NCBI RefSeq assembly: GCF_006345805.1
Contig: NC_043006.1
Span: 12,834,001-12,898,000 of the forward strand
Source: Octopus sinensis
Lineage: Eukaryota
Length of the DNA: 64,000 nt
Direction of reading: 5' to 3'
In this document: piece by piece, positions 12,577 through 23,405 of the stretch
Layout of the letters: every line of letters begins with the position of its first letter
How positions within the stretch are numbered: the first letter of the stretch is position 1
Position numbers and translations under genes: made by a program
Notes under the pieces: model-generated
Seen by the model: only the letters and a program-made list of their open reading frames with translations
What the model was told of the DNA's origin: nothing
Databases searched by the model: none

Positions 12577-12724
12577 TGTCAAAATCAGGAAAACTACAAA
12601 ATGTCGACAACCTAATTATAGTAACTTCGCATTTAGTTGGATCAGTAAGCAGCAACAACTATTGTAGAACTTTTTTCCAATTTGATATCATTGAATTTTT
12701 CTCTTCCTACAAACATTGACTTAC

Positions 12725-12764
12725 CTGAGCTTTCAGATTCGTAGAGAAATGCTCCAAAGCCGTA
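12725..12764 (-). CDS. candidate 40-nt internal exon of an unidentified gene
   Basis: Acceptor TTATCCTTCTCATTTATAG and consensus donor CAG|GTAAGT in unique sequence; open as YGFGAFLYESESS or TALEHFSTNLKAQ; no homology recognised. Confidence 0.25.
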
Positions 12765-13017
12765 CTATAAATGAGAAGGATAAGGAAATAATTGTACGCA
12801 GTTTTTAAATACCACATGGGTAGTCACTTTTATGCCACATGAAGTAGTTTGATATCACTGAATTATATGATATTATTGCGAAAAGTACTAGCTGTTGTAA
12901 TTAATGAATTTAAAACATTAAACATAAGGCTTACATAGATGTGTAGGGATGGATTCCTTGCATCATTCTACTGGTAGAACATTAGACAACTCTAGAACAA
13001 ATCTAGCCGGAACTTAC

Positions 13018-13063
13018 TACAGCTTTGCTTTTTAGACTCCAAATATCCACAGATATGAACGTG
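13018..13063 (-). CDS. weak candidate 46-nt exon
   Basis: TTTCAG acceptor, GTAAGT donor; reads TFISVDIWSLKSKAV and would join 12725-12764 in frame. Confidence 0.15.
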
Positions 13064-14428
13064 CTGAAATTTTATATCCAACAGTGTAAATGAATAATGA
13101 ATAGATACAGACGGCATATAATACAGAATGAAATGTTCATTTGCATTGAATATTATTCCGCCTTGTTATTTTCATATATATAATTATTAATTATTCGTAA
13201 AATATTGTCAGACAAATCAGCTTTCGATTATACCCTAAAGGATAACTAATACAATCAGGATTTTCACTTTATTACAAAGCCGCCTAATTAGAAAACAAAC
13301 CGTAACATTACAAGTTTTGATCCACCTGTCTCTAAAAATATTTCAACAAATATAGCAAAATAGCTTTTAGTCTAGTACCACTGACATCGTATTAAACTAC
13401 AGCTAGTGGAAGTTATTGAATTGCAATAAATATTTGTGACAATAACGCAACGTTTGAAAATATACAGTGTACATACAAAACGAAAGGGTTATGACATCCG
13501 CGCAGAACTCTGATAGAAAATCGTTATTTCGCTGAATCTATATTAGTAATAATATCAATTGATATTAGTAATATTGATATTACTACGAAATACTACATTA
13601 GAATGACAATAACATCGGATGCCACTATACCGACTGCAGTTCCGAAGCGAGGAGAAGGTTGTCATAAGTCTTTGAAGTGTTATATGGCAATTGAAATACA
13701 ATGACATTAAAAAATTTAACATCTTTGGGGATATACTGAACCAAGTCAAACCAGACACGAATGGATTTAAGATTTGTAAAAGCTATTTGTTAAAATGAAG
13801 ATTTATATTTATTAACACCTAAAACATTTTCTGGATATGTCTCAAAATATTGACAAATGAAGCCATATTAAGAAATGTATCACAGCTAAATTTAATCGAA
13901 TAATTGTAACCCGATTAAGTACATAATATTCTGCTGTTGATCGGTGTAGACGTATAAGCCTATTACTAGACATACTTCTTTGCTGATACTTCACCCAGTA
14001 CAAAGCCAAACGGAAATTCACAACATGTGGCGACTCATAGAGAGTACTTGTATATAAACTTTCTTGAGATAGTGTTTACATGCATCGTATCCATTGGAAA
14101 TTGAAGATTAATATAGTAGGAAAAGAAAAAAGTATTACAATATGAGCTTATGTTTGTGTGTGCATATGCGTGGGTGTGTGTGCGTATGCATGTGCGTAAG
14201 CATGTAAATATGTAAGTGTAAGTATGTATGTATGTGTATGTAGAAGTATATATATATATATGTGTGTGTGTGTGTATGTGTGTGCATATACAGATGTATA
14301 CACGCTCTATAAAGTGTACATATAGATGCATACATATGCGTGCGCACGCACACATACACACATATGCACAGATGAATATACTTAAATATACATAATGTAA
14401 TACAAATGTATATACATGTGTGTACGCG

Positions 14429-14463
<35 letters not shown>

Positions 14464-14610
14464 ATGTGTATGTATGTATATATGTATGCATGTATAAATA
14501 AAACTTATCCATCACATTTAACAAAATTACGCAGAAAACACATTGTACGCCATAGCCCAATATACACTTTACCGGAAATGATGATAATGCTGATTATAAT
14601 GATGATAATG

Positions 14611-14665
<55 letters not shown>

Positions 14666-15201
14666 TAATCAACGGATAAATTGGTCACATCTGAAATGTC
14701 TTTGAGAGTAGTTTACCTTCATCTAAGTAAATAAAAAAATTAAAATTAGCCATTTGCACGACTAAAATATCACTAGTGGTTTAAGAATTGTAACAGAAAC
14801 AGAGAATGGTTATTACGTCAGGAAATAACGAAACGAAAAACAAAGAAATTAAACTAACTTAGCTATTGAATTTGCAACATGCAACGAATTAATAGAAACA
14901 AGGAATCTACCTGTTAATTCATTTGTAATTAATAGAATGAGTTGGATGCGTTTTGATTACTTTAATGACATTAGCATGTTACTAATAGTTTAGAAAAGGC
15001 ACGTTTTCTAGAGAAAACAGCAATGTGAATCTTTAAATATTGTTGAAGTTGGAAGCATTTTTAGTTTTAGCGTAGAATATTTGCATCGATGCCATTCAGT
15101 ACGAAACGCATTCTTTGTGGTCTATGAAAGACAAATTTTGGTTTACTTCGCAAATGATGCAAATTAAATATTGCCATTCGTATCATCATCGTCATCATCA
15201 C

Positions 15202-15243
<42 letters not shown>

Positions 15244-15339
15244 TACTACTACTACTACTACTATTATTATTAATATTAATATAAAGTAATAAATATAATA
15301 ATAATGATAATGATAATAATAACAAACATAATAAAACAA

Positions 15340-15512
15340 ACATACTTTTCGTATGTTTTTTTTAGACATTCACAAGTACAACACTAAGTACAAAACCAAA
15401 TATATGGCACCCTAGACATAACACCAAAAGAACTTCCAACTTGTTGTCTCTTGAGGTCTCTGGGTGAGACTTGGTGCCAGCTTGTGCAAATGTAAAGCAA
15501 AAGTCAAACATA
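15340..15512 (+). mobile_element. R4/Dong-type 3' UTR-only copy
   Basis: Matches the 3' UTR of 19970-20246 (TCTCTTGAGGTCTCTGGGTGAGACTTGG...GCAAAAGTCAAACATA); (TAA)n both sides. Confidence 0.85.
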
Positions 15513-15514
15513 TC

Positions 15515-15565
<51 letters not shown>

Positions 15566-15566
<1 letters not shown>

Positions 15567-16450
15567 ACTACAAAATCAACACTCCAGCTTACTGGTGTGA
15601 ATATCATCCTGAGCCGGTCGTTGAAGTAAATATTTCACTATCTTCTAGGACCTTTCAATCAACATCGATAGAACGATCCAGGCAAATCAACCAGACATAG
15701 TCATTAAAGAGTGAGGGAAAATATTTGGAGTAGAGATTGTTTGCCAACAGAACATGGCAGTCCTGGTTTAGAACGAATGTTGCTGTAATTCAGCTCCAGG
15801 AGACATCGTCTCCATCTGGCTATACGACACGATCTGTGTCATATTTTCGAACAAGGGAATCTAGCACCCCCACTGGGGCTAAATTACAGCAACATTCGTC
15901 CTAAACTAGGACTGCCGTGTTATGTTGGAAAACAATGTTTACTCGAAAGTACTGTTGCTGAATATCTCTCGTTTTGAGATTTACAAATAGAAATTTTCTG
16001 AGAAAATAACTTGTAGACAAATATATGTAAGTGTGCCTATTGATAAAAATATATCTATACAGGAATTTGACAAATTAAGTAAATATAAGGACCTGGAAAT
16101 TGAAATACAAAAGATGTGGCATCTTAAAGCGAGAACTGTTCTTGTTATTGTAGGTTCCGTTTGTATGATAAGAAATGGATCTAAGAAGCATCTAGATAGT
16201 ATCCCAAAAGAACCATGTCTCAGAGTAGTCTAAAAGATTGTGCCGACATTCTTAGATTGCCCGCATCCTTAGAAAGCCCTATCAATTTAAATGTTTGTAT
16301 TGTAATATATGAAGATATTTCGCAACTGCCCCTGACGTCTGCCCCTGCCCAAGCTTTCAGTCATACTGAATCATCTCTTATCCTTCGCTCTCTCTCTAGG
16401 ATCTTGGGTGTACTCGGTTAGTGATTTTAACAAAATTGCAGTTTAAAAGT
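15566..16450 (+). mobile_element. R4/Dong-type fragment (pre-RLE region, RLE, 3' UTR), degraded and interrupted by a MITE
   Basis: HYKINTPAYWCEYHPEPVVE..., then NQPDIVIK-like, then SVPIDKNISIQEFDKLSKYKDLEIEIQKMWHLK; (TAA)n before 15566 and after 16450. Confidence 0.85.
15728..15944. mobile_element. MITE with ~60 bp TIRs
   Basis: ATTGTTTGCCAACAGAACATGGCAGTCCTGGTTTAGAACGAATGTTGCTGTAATT is inverted at 15882-15936. Confidence 0.9.
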
Positions 16451-16461
16451 AAATAATAATA

Positions 16462-16662
16462 ATAATCATTTCTACATTAGGCACAGGGCCTGAAACTTTT
16501 GGGAGAGTGACTAGCCCATTACATTGATCCAAGTGCTCAGTTGATACTTAATTTATCGACCCAGAAAGAATGAAAAGCAATTTGAAATGAGAACGTTAAA
16601 CAGGTTGAAATACCTCGAAGCATTTTGCCAGGCTTGGTATCGATTCATCCTGCAAGCTGCCT
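16462..16662 (-). mobile_element. SINE group C, diverged
   Basis: Tail AGGCACAGGGCCTGAAAC and core TTAATTTATCGACCCAGAAAGAATGAAAAGC on + strand. Confidence 0.7.
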
Positions 16663-16699
16663 TACGAATAATTATAAGAATAATGACCTCTCCCATCGA

Positions 16700-17705
16700 A
16701 AACGACTTATGAGCTTTTGCAGAAGGACCTGCACAAAGGATTTATTCATAGTGATCAAATATTCATGATTCACGTTTACCTTTTTCTATAACATCTTATT
16801 GGAAGTCATCAGTTTAAGAAATTTTCTATTTTCTTTATTTCACTGGCATTCCTCTTTAAAACATTTACGTTATAAGTAAGATCTGCTAAGGAATTTATGG
16901 CTAAAATATGCGCATTTAGCTCAGATCTCAGAACGACTTCAACGCTCTTATAATACTCCTTCCTCATCTCTTTCATGCTTGCATGCTAAATACCTGATCC
17001 TTAATTTAATCCGAGGTGATTATTTATAGGATTGTTGCTGCTTAAGTTAGTTTATAATTGTGTTAACATCTACCACGACTAAATCTGGGATTCCCAATTT
17101 CCCTTTCTGTGTCCTCGACCAAACTCCATCTCAATGGCATAGCTGAATGCTTTCAGAGTACACAATACGCCTTCAAGTTTATCATTGTTTTGCCATAGAT
17201 TTTTAAGTCAACCATATTAAATACATTGTTTGTTTTCTTGTTGCCAATTTTATAACCATACTCTGTTCTGTTAAGTTTATTTGTAAGGGATTTTAGAGCT
17301 ATGCAAAAAATTAGAGGTGAAAGTGAATCAACCTCAAAAATGCCACTGTTGATGCTAATGTTGTTTGAAGCTAGTACTCCATTAGAATGATATAATTGGA
17401 GATTCGTGTTCTACAATGACTTGTGCTTCACAAATTTTGAAATTACAGGACAAATTTTGAAGCTGTCCGGCGATTTCAAGATCTTTGAATGCGGTGTGCT
17501 GTCAAAAGCTTTTTTGTAATCAATTCACGCGGATCTAAAAATTATGGGCTAGTTCTGACAGTTTTGAAGGATCGTGCGATTAAATAAGAGATAATCATTG
17601 CATCCATGAGCATCATGGCACCTTTTTGTTCAATGGGAAAAATATTGTTCTCTTCCATAAATGAATCTGTTTTCCCCATGAAAATAAATGCTAAAATCAT
17701 TTTCA
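16700..17705 (-). pseudogene. R4-type reverse transcriptase domain remnant
   Basis: Minus strand gives MEENNIF..EQKG, IDYKKAFDSTPH, GIF.VDSLSPLIFCIAL, YGYKIGNKK, LRSELNA with stops and frameshifts. Confidence 0.85.
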
Positions 17706-17758
17706 CTGCTGTTGTTGCTCTTGCTGTTCATTTATTTATGTATTTATTTCTTTTCTTA

Positions 17759-17955
17759 AGGTTGTGAGCTGGAAGAATGGTTACCGCGCCGGGAAAAGCG
17801 CTTAGCGGCATTACGTGCGTTTTTGCGTTCTGAGTTCAAATTCCACTGGAGTCTACATTTCCATTATTCTTTCGGTTTCTGTTAAATAAATACCAGTTGA
17901 TTCACTCGACTAGCCCCACCCCTGCAAAATTCCAGGCTTTATACCTATAGTATAA
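17759..17955 (+). mobile_element. SINE group C whose tail is split by the chimeric SINE
   Basis: GGTTGTGAGCTGGAAGAATGGTTACCGCGCCGGGAAAAGCGCTTAGCGGC; tail resumes as ATAGTACAAGGGATTATT at 18181. Confidence 0.75.
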
Positions 17956-18180
17956 GGAGGCGCAATGGCCCAGTGGTTAGGGCAACGGACTTGCGGTCGG
18001 AGGATCGCGGTTTCGATTCCCAGACCGGGCGTTGTGTGTGTTTATTGAGCGAAAACACCTAAAAGCTCCACGAGGCCCCGGCAGGGGATGGTGGTGATCC
18101 CTGCTGTACTCTTTCACCACTCTAAAGGCGGTGCTCCAGCATGGCCGCAGTCAAATGACTGAAACAAGTACAAAAAAAAA
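17956..18180 (+). mobile_element. chimeric SINE: group A head fused to group B 3' end, A-rich tail
   Basis: 17956-18120 is A consensus to CTCTTTCACCAC, then CTAAAGGCGGTGCTCCAGCATGGCCGCAGTCAAATGACTGAAACAAGTA; TSD ATAGTA(T/C)AAGG at 17947-17957 and 18181-18191. Confidence 0.85.
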
Positions 18181-18226
18181 ATAGTACAAGGGATTATTAT
18201 TATTATTACTATTATTATTATTATCA

Positions 18227-18257
<31 letters not shown>

Positions 18258-18268
18258 TATTATTATTA

Positions 18269-18301
<33 letters not shown>

Positions 18302-18325
18302 TATTACTATCATTATTATTATTAT

Positions 18326-18470
18326 TATGTTTGGCTTTTGTTTTGTATTTGTAGAAGTTGACTCTAAATCTCACCTAGAAACCTCAAGTGACACGTTAGC
18401 AGTTCAGTTCGGTATTATGACTAGGGTACCATATTTTTGGATTTGCACAGAGTATTGTTCTAAAGAATGT
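18326..18470 (-). mobile_element. R4/Dong-type 3' UTR, older copy
   Basis: Reverse complement of CTTGAGGTTTCTAGGTGAGATTTAGAGTCAACTTCTACAAATACAAAACAAAAGCCAAACATA; adjoins (ATT)n on + strand. Confidence 0.7.
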
Positions 18471-18621
18471 CTCTCAAAACATAAACAAATTAAAAGTTTG
18501 TGCTAAAAGTAATTTGAAGTTAAGATGGTAGTGTGATCCTAAGATGACAGCAAAGGGTGTTTGTTATTATGTAGATTTAAAAGTACTTTTAATGTTCACA
18601 GATTAAAATGATTTAGAATTA

Positions 18622-18668
<47 letters not shown>

Positions 18669-18670
<2 letters not shown>

Positions 18671-19735
18671 TCATTTCTACGAGTTATGGATCTCACTTGC
18701 TCCGGTTAATTCTGTGAGAGCGGATACTCTTTCTACGATACTTACCATCCTAATACCAATCTCAAAATCCTCTCTCTGCCCGCAATAAAGTAGTTTTCAG
18801 AGCATGTTCTACCCTCATGTCAATTCCAGTTTTTCCATAAATTCCTCGAATTTATTGCAATACCTTCACCAGGGGTCCTTTTGAGAAAGTGACATTCTCC
18901 CTCTTGCCATCCACTTCTGGTATTTCACCCTGGTGTTGATCATTTCATCCACTCGTGTAATTATTCTTTCGTGTAATGCTTGGAAATTTTTTCAGTCGGT
19001 ACCCTTGTACACCATCTCATCGAAGGAGAGGAGCTTTCTCCGTCCGGGTTGCGGATCCGTGGAACAAGCTGCCAGACGAGACGGTGAAGATGCCGACGAC
19101 CGCTTTGTTCAAAGTCTCCCTTGACCTCAAGTGGCCTGAACTCTTTACATGAACACCACCCTGTACATAACTCCATGTCCCCCTACATGGCCTTGCTTTT
19201 TGCTTTTTGAGCCAAAAAATTAACTAACTAACTAACTAACCATCCGGGCCTGAGCATTTCCAGTTTGAAACATTTGTTGTCTACTCGGTCACCGTTTCAG
19301 TTCTTATCCTAATATTGCGTGTTTCACTTCATTTTTCTTCGCCCTTAATTCCTTAAACCATTCAGCATCTTTCTTATAAATCTTTCCATTATCCAAGATG
19401 TTAATCCAAAACCTCCCACTTTCTTCAGCATCAGGTTTCTCTCTGCTATTAAACTTTTCGTTCAGCTGCTGATAAACCCTTTTCTGTTCCAGCTGGAAGA
19501 TTCTGTTGATCTTATATTGTTCAATTCTTTGATCATATCTCTTATCCTTTGTCGTTTTAGCCTGCAGTCTTTGCTTCAGCAATTTAAGGATTACACTTAA
19601 TCTTATTTTTTTATCCTATGTTCTAGTTCCTCATCTTTTTCTTCCTGATTTCAAATTGTTTCTTTCTTTCCACAATGCTGATATGTTTTCGAAGTTCTTT
19701 CATTGATTGTATTATACTCCTTTTCCACCAAGGCT
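18669..19735 (-). mobile_element. R4-type element with large internal deletion and nested CR1
   Basis: PWWKR..ELRKHISIVE, LKQRLQAK..RYDQRIEQYKINRIF..FW..AEW, NWKCSGPDG|VQGY..LHERI..KWMARGR..QKDP, then the C-terminal EKLGIDMRVEH..ILRLVLG; 3' end abuts (ATT)n. Confidence 0.85.
19017..19238 (+). mobile_element. CR1-type LINE 3' end, nested in the R4 copy
   Basis: HRRRGAFSVRVADPWNKLPDETVKMPTTALFKVSLDLKWPELFT*, short 3' UTR, (TAAC)n tail; TSD ACCATC at 19011-19016 and 19239-19244. Confidence 0.9.
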
Positions 19736-19786
19736 ACATTTTTTATTTCCCCTTTTATACATGCGTATATATATATACACACACTA

Positions 19787-19834
<48 letters not shown>

Positions 19835-19845
19835 TTTTATTATTA

Positions 19846-19889
<44 letters not shown>

Positions 19890-19900
19890 AATAATAATAT

Positions 19901-19931
<31 letters not shown>

Positions 19932-19969
19932 TTAATAATAATAATATAATAATAATAATAATAATAATA

Positions 19970-20246
19970 ACTCAGATACCAGGAAACCCCAAAATGGCAG
20001 AAATTCAAAAGATAGTGCTCATGGGAACTGCTCATATCCTACGCAAAATACTTTCTATGTAATCTCAAGGTTTAAAACAAATATTTTTTTGTTTTTTAGA
20101 CATCCACTAATACAATACAAAAAAACAACCAAATATATGGCACACTAGGCATAAGAACAACGTGAACTTCCAACCTGTTGTCTCTTGAGGTCTCTGGGTG
20201 AGACTTGGAGCCAACTTGTACAAATATAAAGCAAAAGTCAAACATA
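19970..20246 (+). mobile_element. R4/Dong-type 3' end
   Basis: TQIPGNPKMAEIQKIVLMGTAHILRKILSM* then 3' UTR; (TAA)n on both sides. Confidence 0.9.
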
Positions 20247-20759
20247 TAATAATAATAATAATATACACCTTTACCATTTATGATATCATCGTAAGATTTC
20301 TAAGGTGATCTTATAAATTTACAACGCGAGTTGAGTTTACCTCGAGGCGCCGCTGAGAGCCACTCTCGAGTGTTAAGGCAAGCACGAAATCACTGGTGAT
20401 CTATGCCGGGTGCTAAGGGACCCTGACTCCCTTATCTGGAAATAAGACAACGCATAATTGTGGCTATGAGTTGTTTTCACTCTTATTTCTATCAATACTG
20501 GTGCTGAATAGCGCTCTCAGTCGCTTTCGTGGCATATATATATTTTTGCCTTTCGGTTTAAGAATCGTTAACAAGCCACCCTTTATATATATACATATAT
20601 GTGTGTATAATTTATTTATTAAAGTTATCGCTGCTGTTCTTAGCTGTAACGGTACAACTAATGACGAAATGCTATTCGAATGACCGTTCGCTCCTCAGTG
20701 TTCACCCGTCCTTACACAGGTCTTATATTTCATTCTGAAGGGTGACGAAATATCACAAA

Positions 20760-21145
20760 CTAGCAGTATCGCCCGGCGTTGCTCGGGTTTGTAAGGGAAA
20801 TAACTATATAAGCATTTTTAGAGAGTTATAGGCCAAAATTAGCAAAAAATGGAAAAAAAATTATGGTAAATTTTTTTTTAAGTCGTTGACTCATCGTAGA
20901 CATTTTTAGAGAGTTACTTCCCTTATATAATAGCGAAAAAATGCATTAAAATGGAAAAAAATGATGGTAAATTATTTTTAAAATCGTAGACTCATCGTAG
21001 ACACGCGCTAATACCGAGAAGGGCTCGATATGAATCACGAATATAAGATACCCGGTTTTGGTTAAACTGCACCGCAAAATGTGGAAGTAGTTAGGAATCT
21101 AAATCGTAGGAGACAGACACACAACTTCACTTTTATATATAAAGA
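20760..21145 (-). mobile_element. non-autonomous Helitron
   Basis: A|TC start, subterminal hairpin, CTAG|T end on minus strand; same family as 12184-12576. Confidence 0.9.
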
Positions 21146-21239
21146 TATCACCCTCTTCACGGAGCAAACTCTGTGGGTTTGCCTGTTTAATCGCCGACGG
21201 CCCGAAATTTGGGACTTGCCGAGGAAAAAAAAGCTGTCC

Positions 21240-21399
21240 TTACTCTGAGTTCAAATTCTACCGAGGTTCACTTTGCCTTTCATCCTTTCGGGGTCGATAA
21301 ATTAAGTGAAACTACTGAAACACTGGGGTCGATGTAATCGACTAATTCTCTCCCCACCTCCGAAATTTCACGTTTTGTGCCTTTAGTAGAAAGGATTAT
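21240..21399 (+). mobile_element. SINE group C, 5'-truncated, AGTAGAAAGGATTAT tail
   Basis: CTGAGTTCAAATTCTACCGAGG...GCCTTTCATCCTTTCGGGGTCGATAAATTAAG. Confidence 0.85.
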
Positions 21400-21401
21400 G
21401 A

Positions 21402-21435
<34 letters not shown>

Positions 21436-21445
21436 TACTATTATT

Positions 21446-21865
21446 ACTCTTTTACTCTCTTTTACTTGTTTCAGTAATTTGACTGCGGCCATGCTGGAGC
21501 ACCACCTTTAATCGAGCAAACTCGACCCCGGGACTTATTCTTTTGTAAGCCCAGTACTTATTCTATCGGTCTGTTTTGCCGAACCGCTAAGTAACGGGGA
21601 CATGAACACACCAGCATCGGTTGTCAAGCAATGCTAGAGGGACAAACACAGACACACAAACACACACACGCATATATATGCATATATATATATACATATA
21701 TACGACGGGCTTCTTTCAGTTTCCGTCTACCAAATCCACTCACAAGGCTTTGGTCGGCCCGAGGCTATAGCAGAAGAGACTTGCCCAAGGTGCCACGCAG
21801 TGGGACTGAACCCGGAACCATGTGGTTGGTAAACAAGCTACTTACCACACAGCCACTCCTGCGCC
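21446..21865 (-). mobile_element. SINE group B, full length
   Basis: Reverse complement of GGCGCAGGAGTGGCTGTGTGGTAAG...GAAACAAGTAAAAGAGTAAAAGAG. Confidence 0.95.
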
Positions 21866-21911
<46 letters not shown>

Positions 21912-22169
21912 TTATAACTGTCGGTATTATGAAGATGAGAGACTGAGTTGATGGAAGTGAAGGAGAATTCAATGCGACTGTGTGGGAATTATCTGTTGCT
22001 ATAAATCAGAAGTATCGAATGTATTTCTTTATTTTATTATATATTTATATTCAATGGCCAATGAGATTAGGAATGAAACAGAGAAAGAAGATTTAATTAT
22101 ATTTTTTCCTAAATATCATTATACTACACTTTATATCTATATACCATCACACTACGTTCAATATTACGA

Positions 22170-22423
22170 ATACCTCACCTATGCCGTCGTCGTCGTGGTC
22201 GTCGTTGTCGCCGTCGTCGTCGTCATCATCATCATCATCATCACCATCATCAGCACCGTGATCATCATCACAGCTACCGTTATCTATATACTCGTCTTCG
22301 TCATCATGTGCGTCATCGTCGCCGTCGTCGTAGTCGCCGTCATCGACATAGTCAGTCGTCATTTTCATCCACCCCCGTCATCAATTTTTGACATTCATCA
22401 TCAATAGACAAGTCGTAGTAGTT

Positions 22424-22460
<37 letters not shown>

Positions 22461-22690
22461 CAGCAGTGGTAGTAGTAGTGATGGTAGTAGTAGCAGAAGT
22501 AGTAGTAGTGATGGTAGTAGTAGTAGCAGTGGTAGTAGTAGTGGTGGTAGTAGTAGTAGCAGTGGTAGTAGTAGTGATGGTAGTAGTAGCAGTAGTAGTA
22601 GTAGTGATGGTAGTAGTAGTAGTAGTGATGGTAGTAGTAGTAGTAGCAGTACTAGTATTAGTCATGGTAGTAGTAGTAGTAGTAGTAATC
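22170..22690. repeat. compound triplet repeats (GTC/ATC)n and (GTA)n
   Basis: Explains the poly-V, poly-T and poly-D ORFs in the track. Confidence 0.95.
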
Positions 22691-23052
22691 TTTTTGCCTG
22701 TAAATCCTATGGCACACCATTAAACACGAGTTTAATGTTTCCATTAAAATGTCGGCAATGATATATCAAAGACAATACGCTCTGTTAACTCGATAAGGTT
22801 GAAGTTTTAACTAATTACTTGCTAAATAACAAACAGATTTATGCGAAATTCGCAAAGCACTGCTGATCAATAGAACATAAGGACGTTGATAGTGTGGTTG
22901 ACTGATGATCAAGGCATACTGGGTTCGTATATTGTCGTCACTAGTGTGCCGTTTATATTTACAGCTAAGTTTTTTTTTAGATTTTAAGCCTCATTTTACG
23001 ACAGCATGAAGAATTTTCTTTGTAGCCAATCAATATTCTAGGAATATAATAT

Positions 23053-23405
23053 ATATCTTTTTACTGTCCACAAGGGGCTAAACACAGAGGGGACAAACAA
23101 GGACAAACAAACGGATTAAGTCGATTATATCGACCTCAGTGCGTAACTGGTACTTAATTTATCGACCCCGAAATGATGAAAGGCAAAGTCGACCTCGGCG
23201 GAATTTGAACTCAGAATGTAACGGCAGACGAAATAAAACATTTTATCTATTTCTTTACTAACCACAATGGGTTAAACACAGAGGGTCCAAACAAGGATAG
23301 ACAAACTGATTAACTCGATTACATCGACCCCAGTGCGTAACTGGTACTTAATTTGTCGACCCTGAAAAGATGAAAGACAGAGTCGACCTCGGCGGAATTT
23401 GAACT
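23053..23405 (-). mobile_element. two adjacent 5'-truncated SINE group C copies
   Basis: Tail CCACAAGGGGCTAAACACAGAG and core ATCGACCCCGAAA..GTCGACCTCGGCGGAATTTGAACT occur twice (23053-23235, 23250-23405). Confidence 0.9.

Noticed and set aside
20733-20752. CTGAAGGGTGACGAAA hammerhead-like words
   Set aside because: Core is not CUGANGA and stem II cannot pair; other CTGATGA/CTGAAGA hits checked also lack stems.
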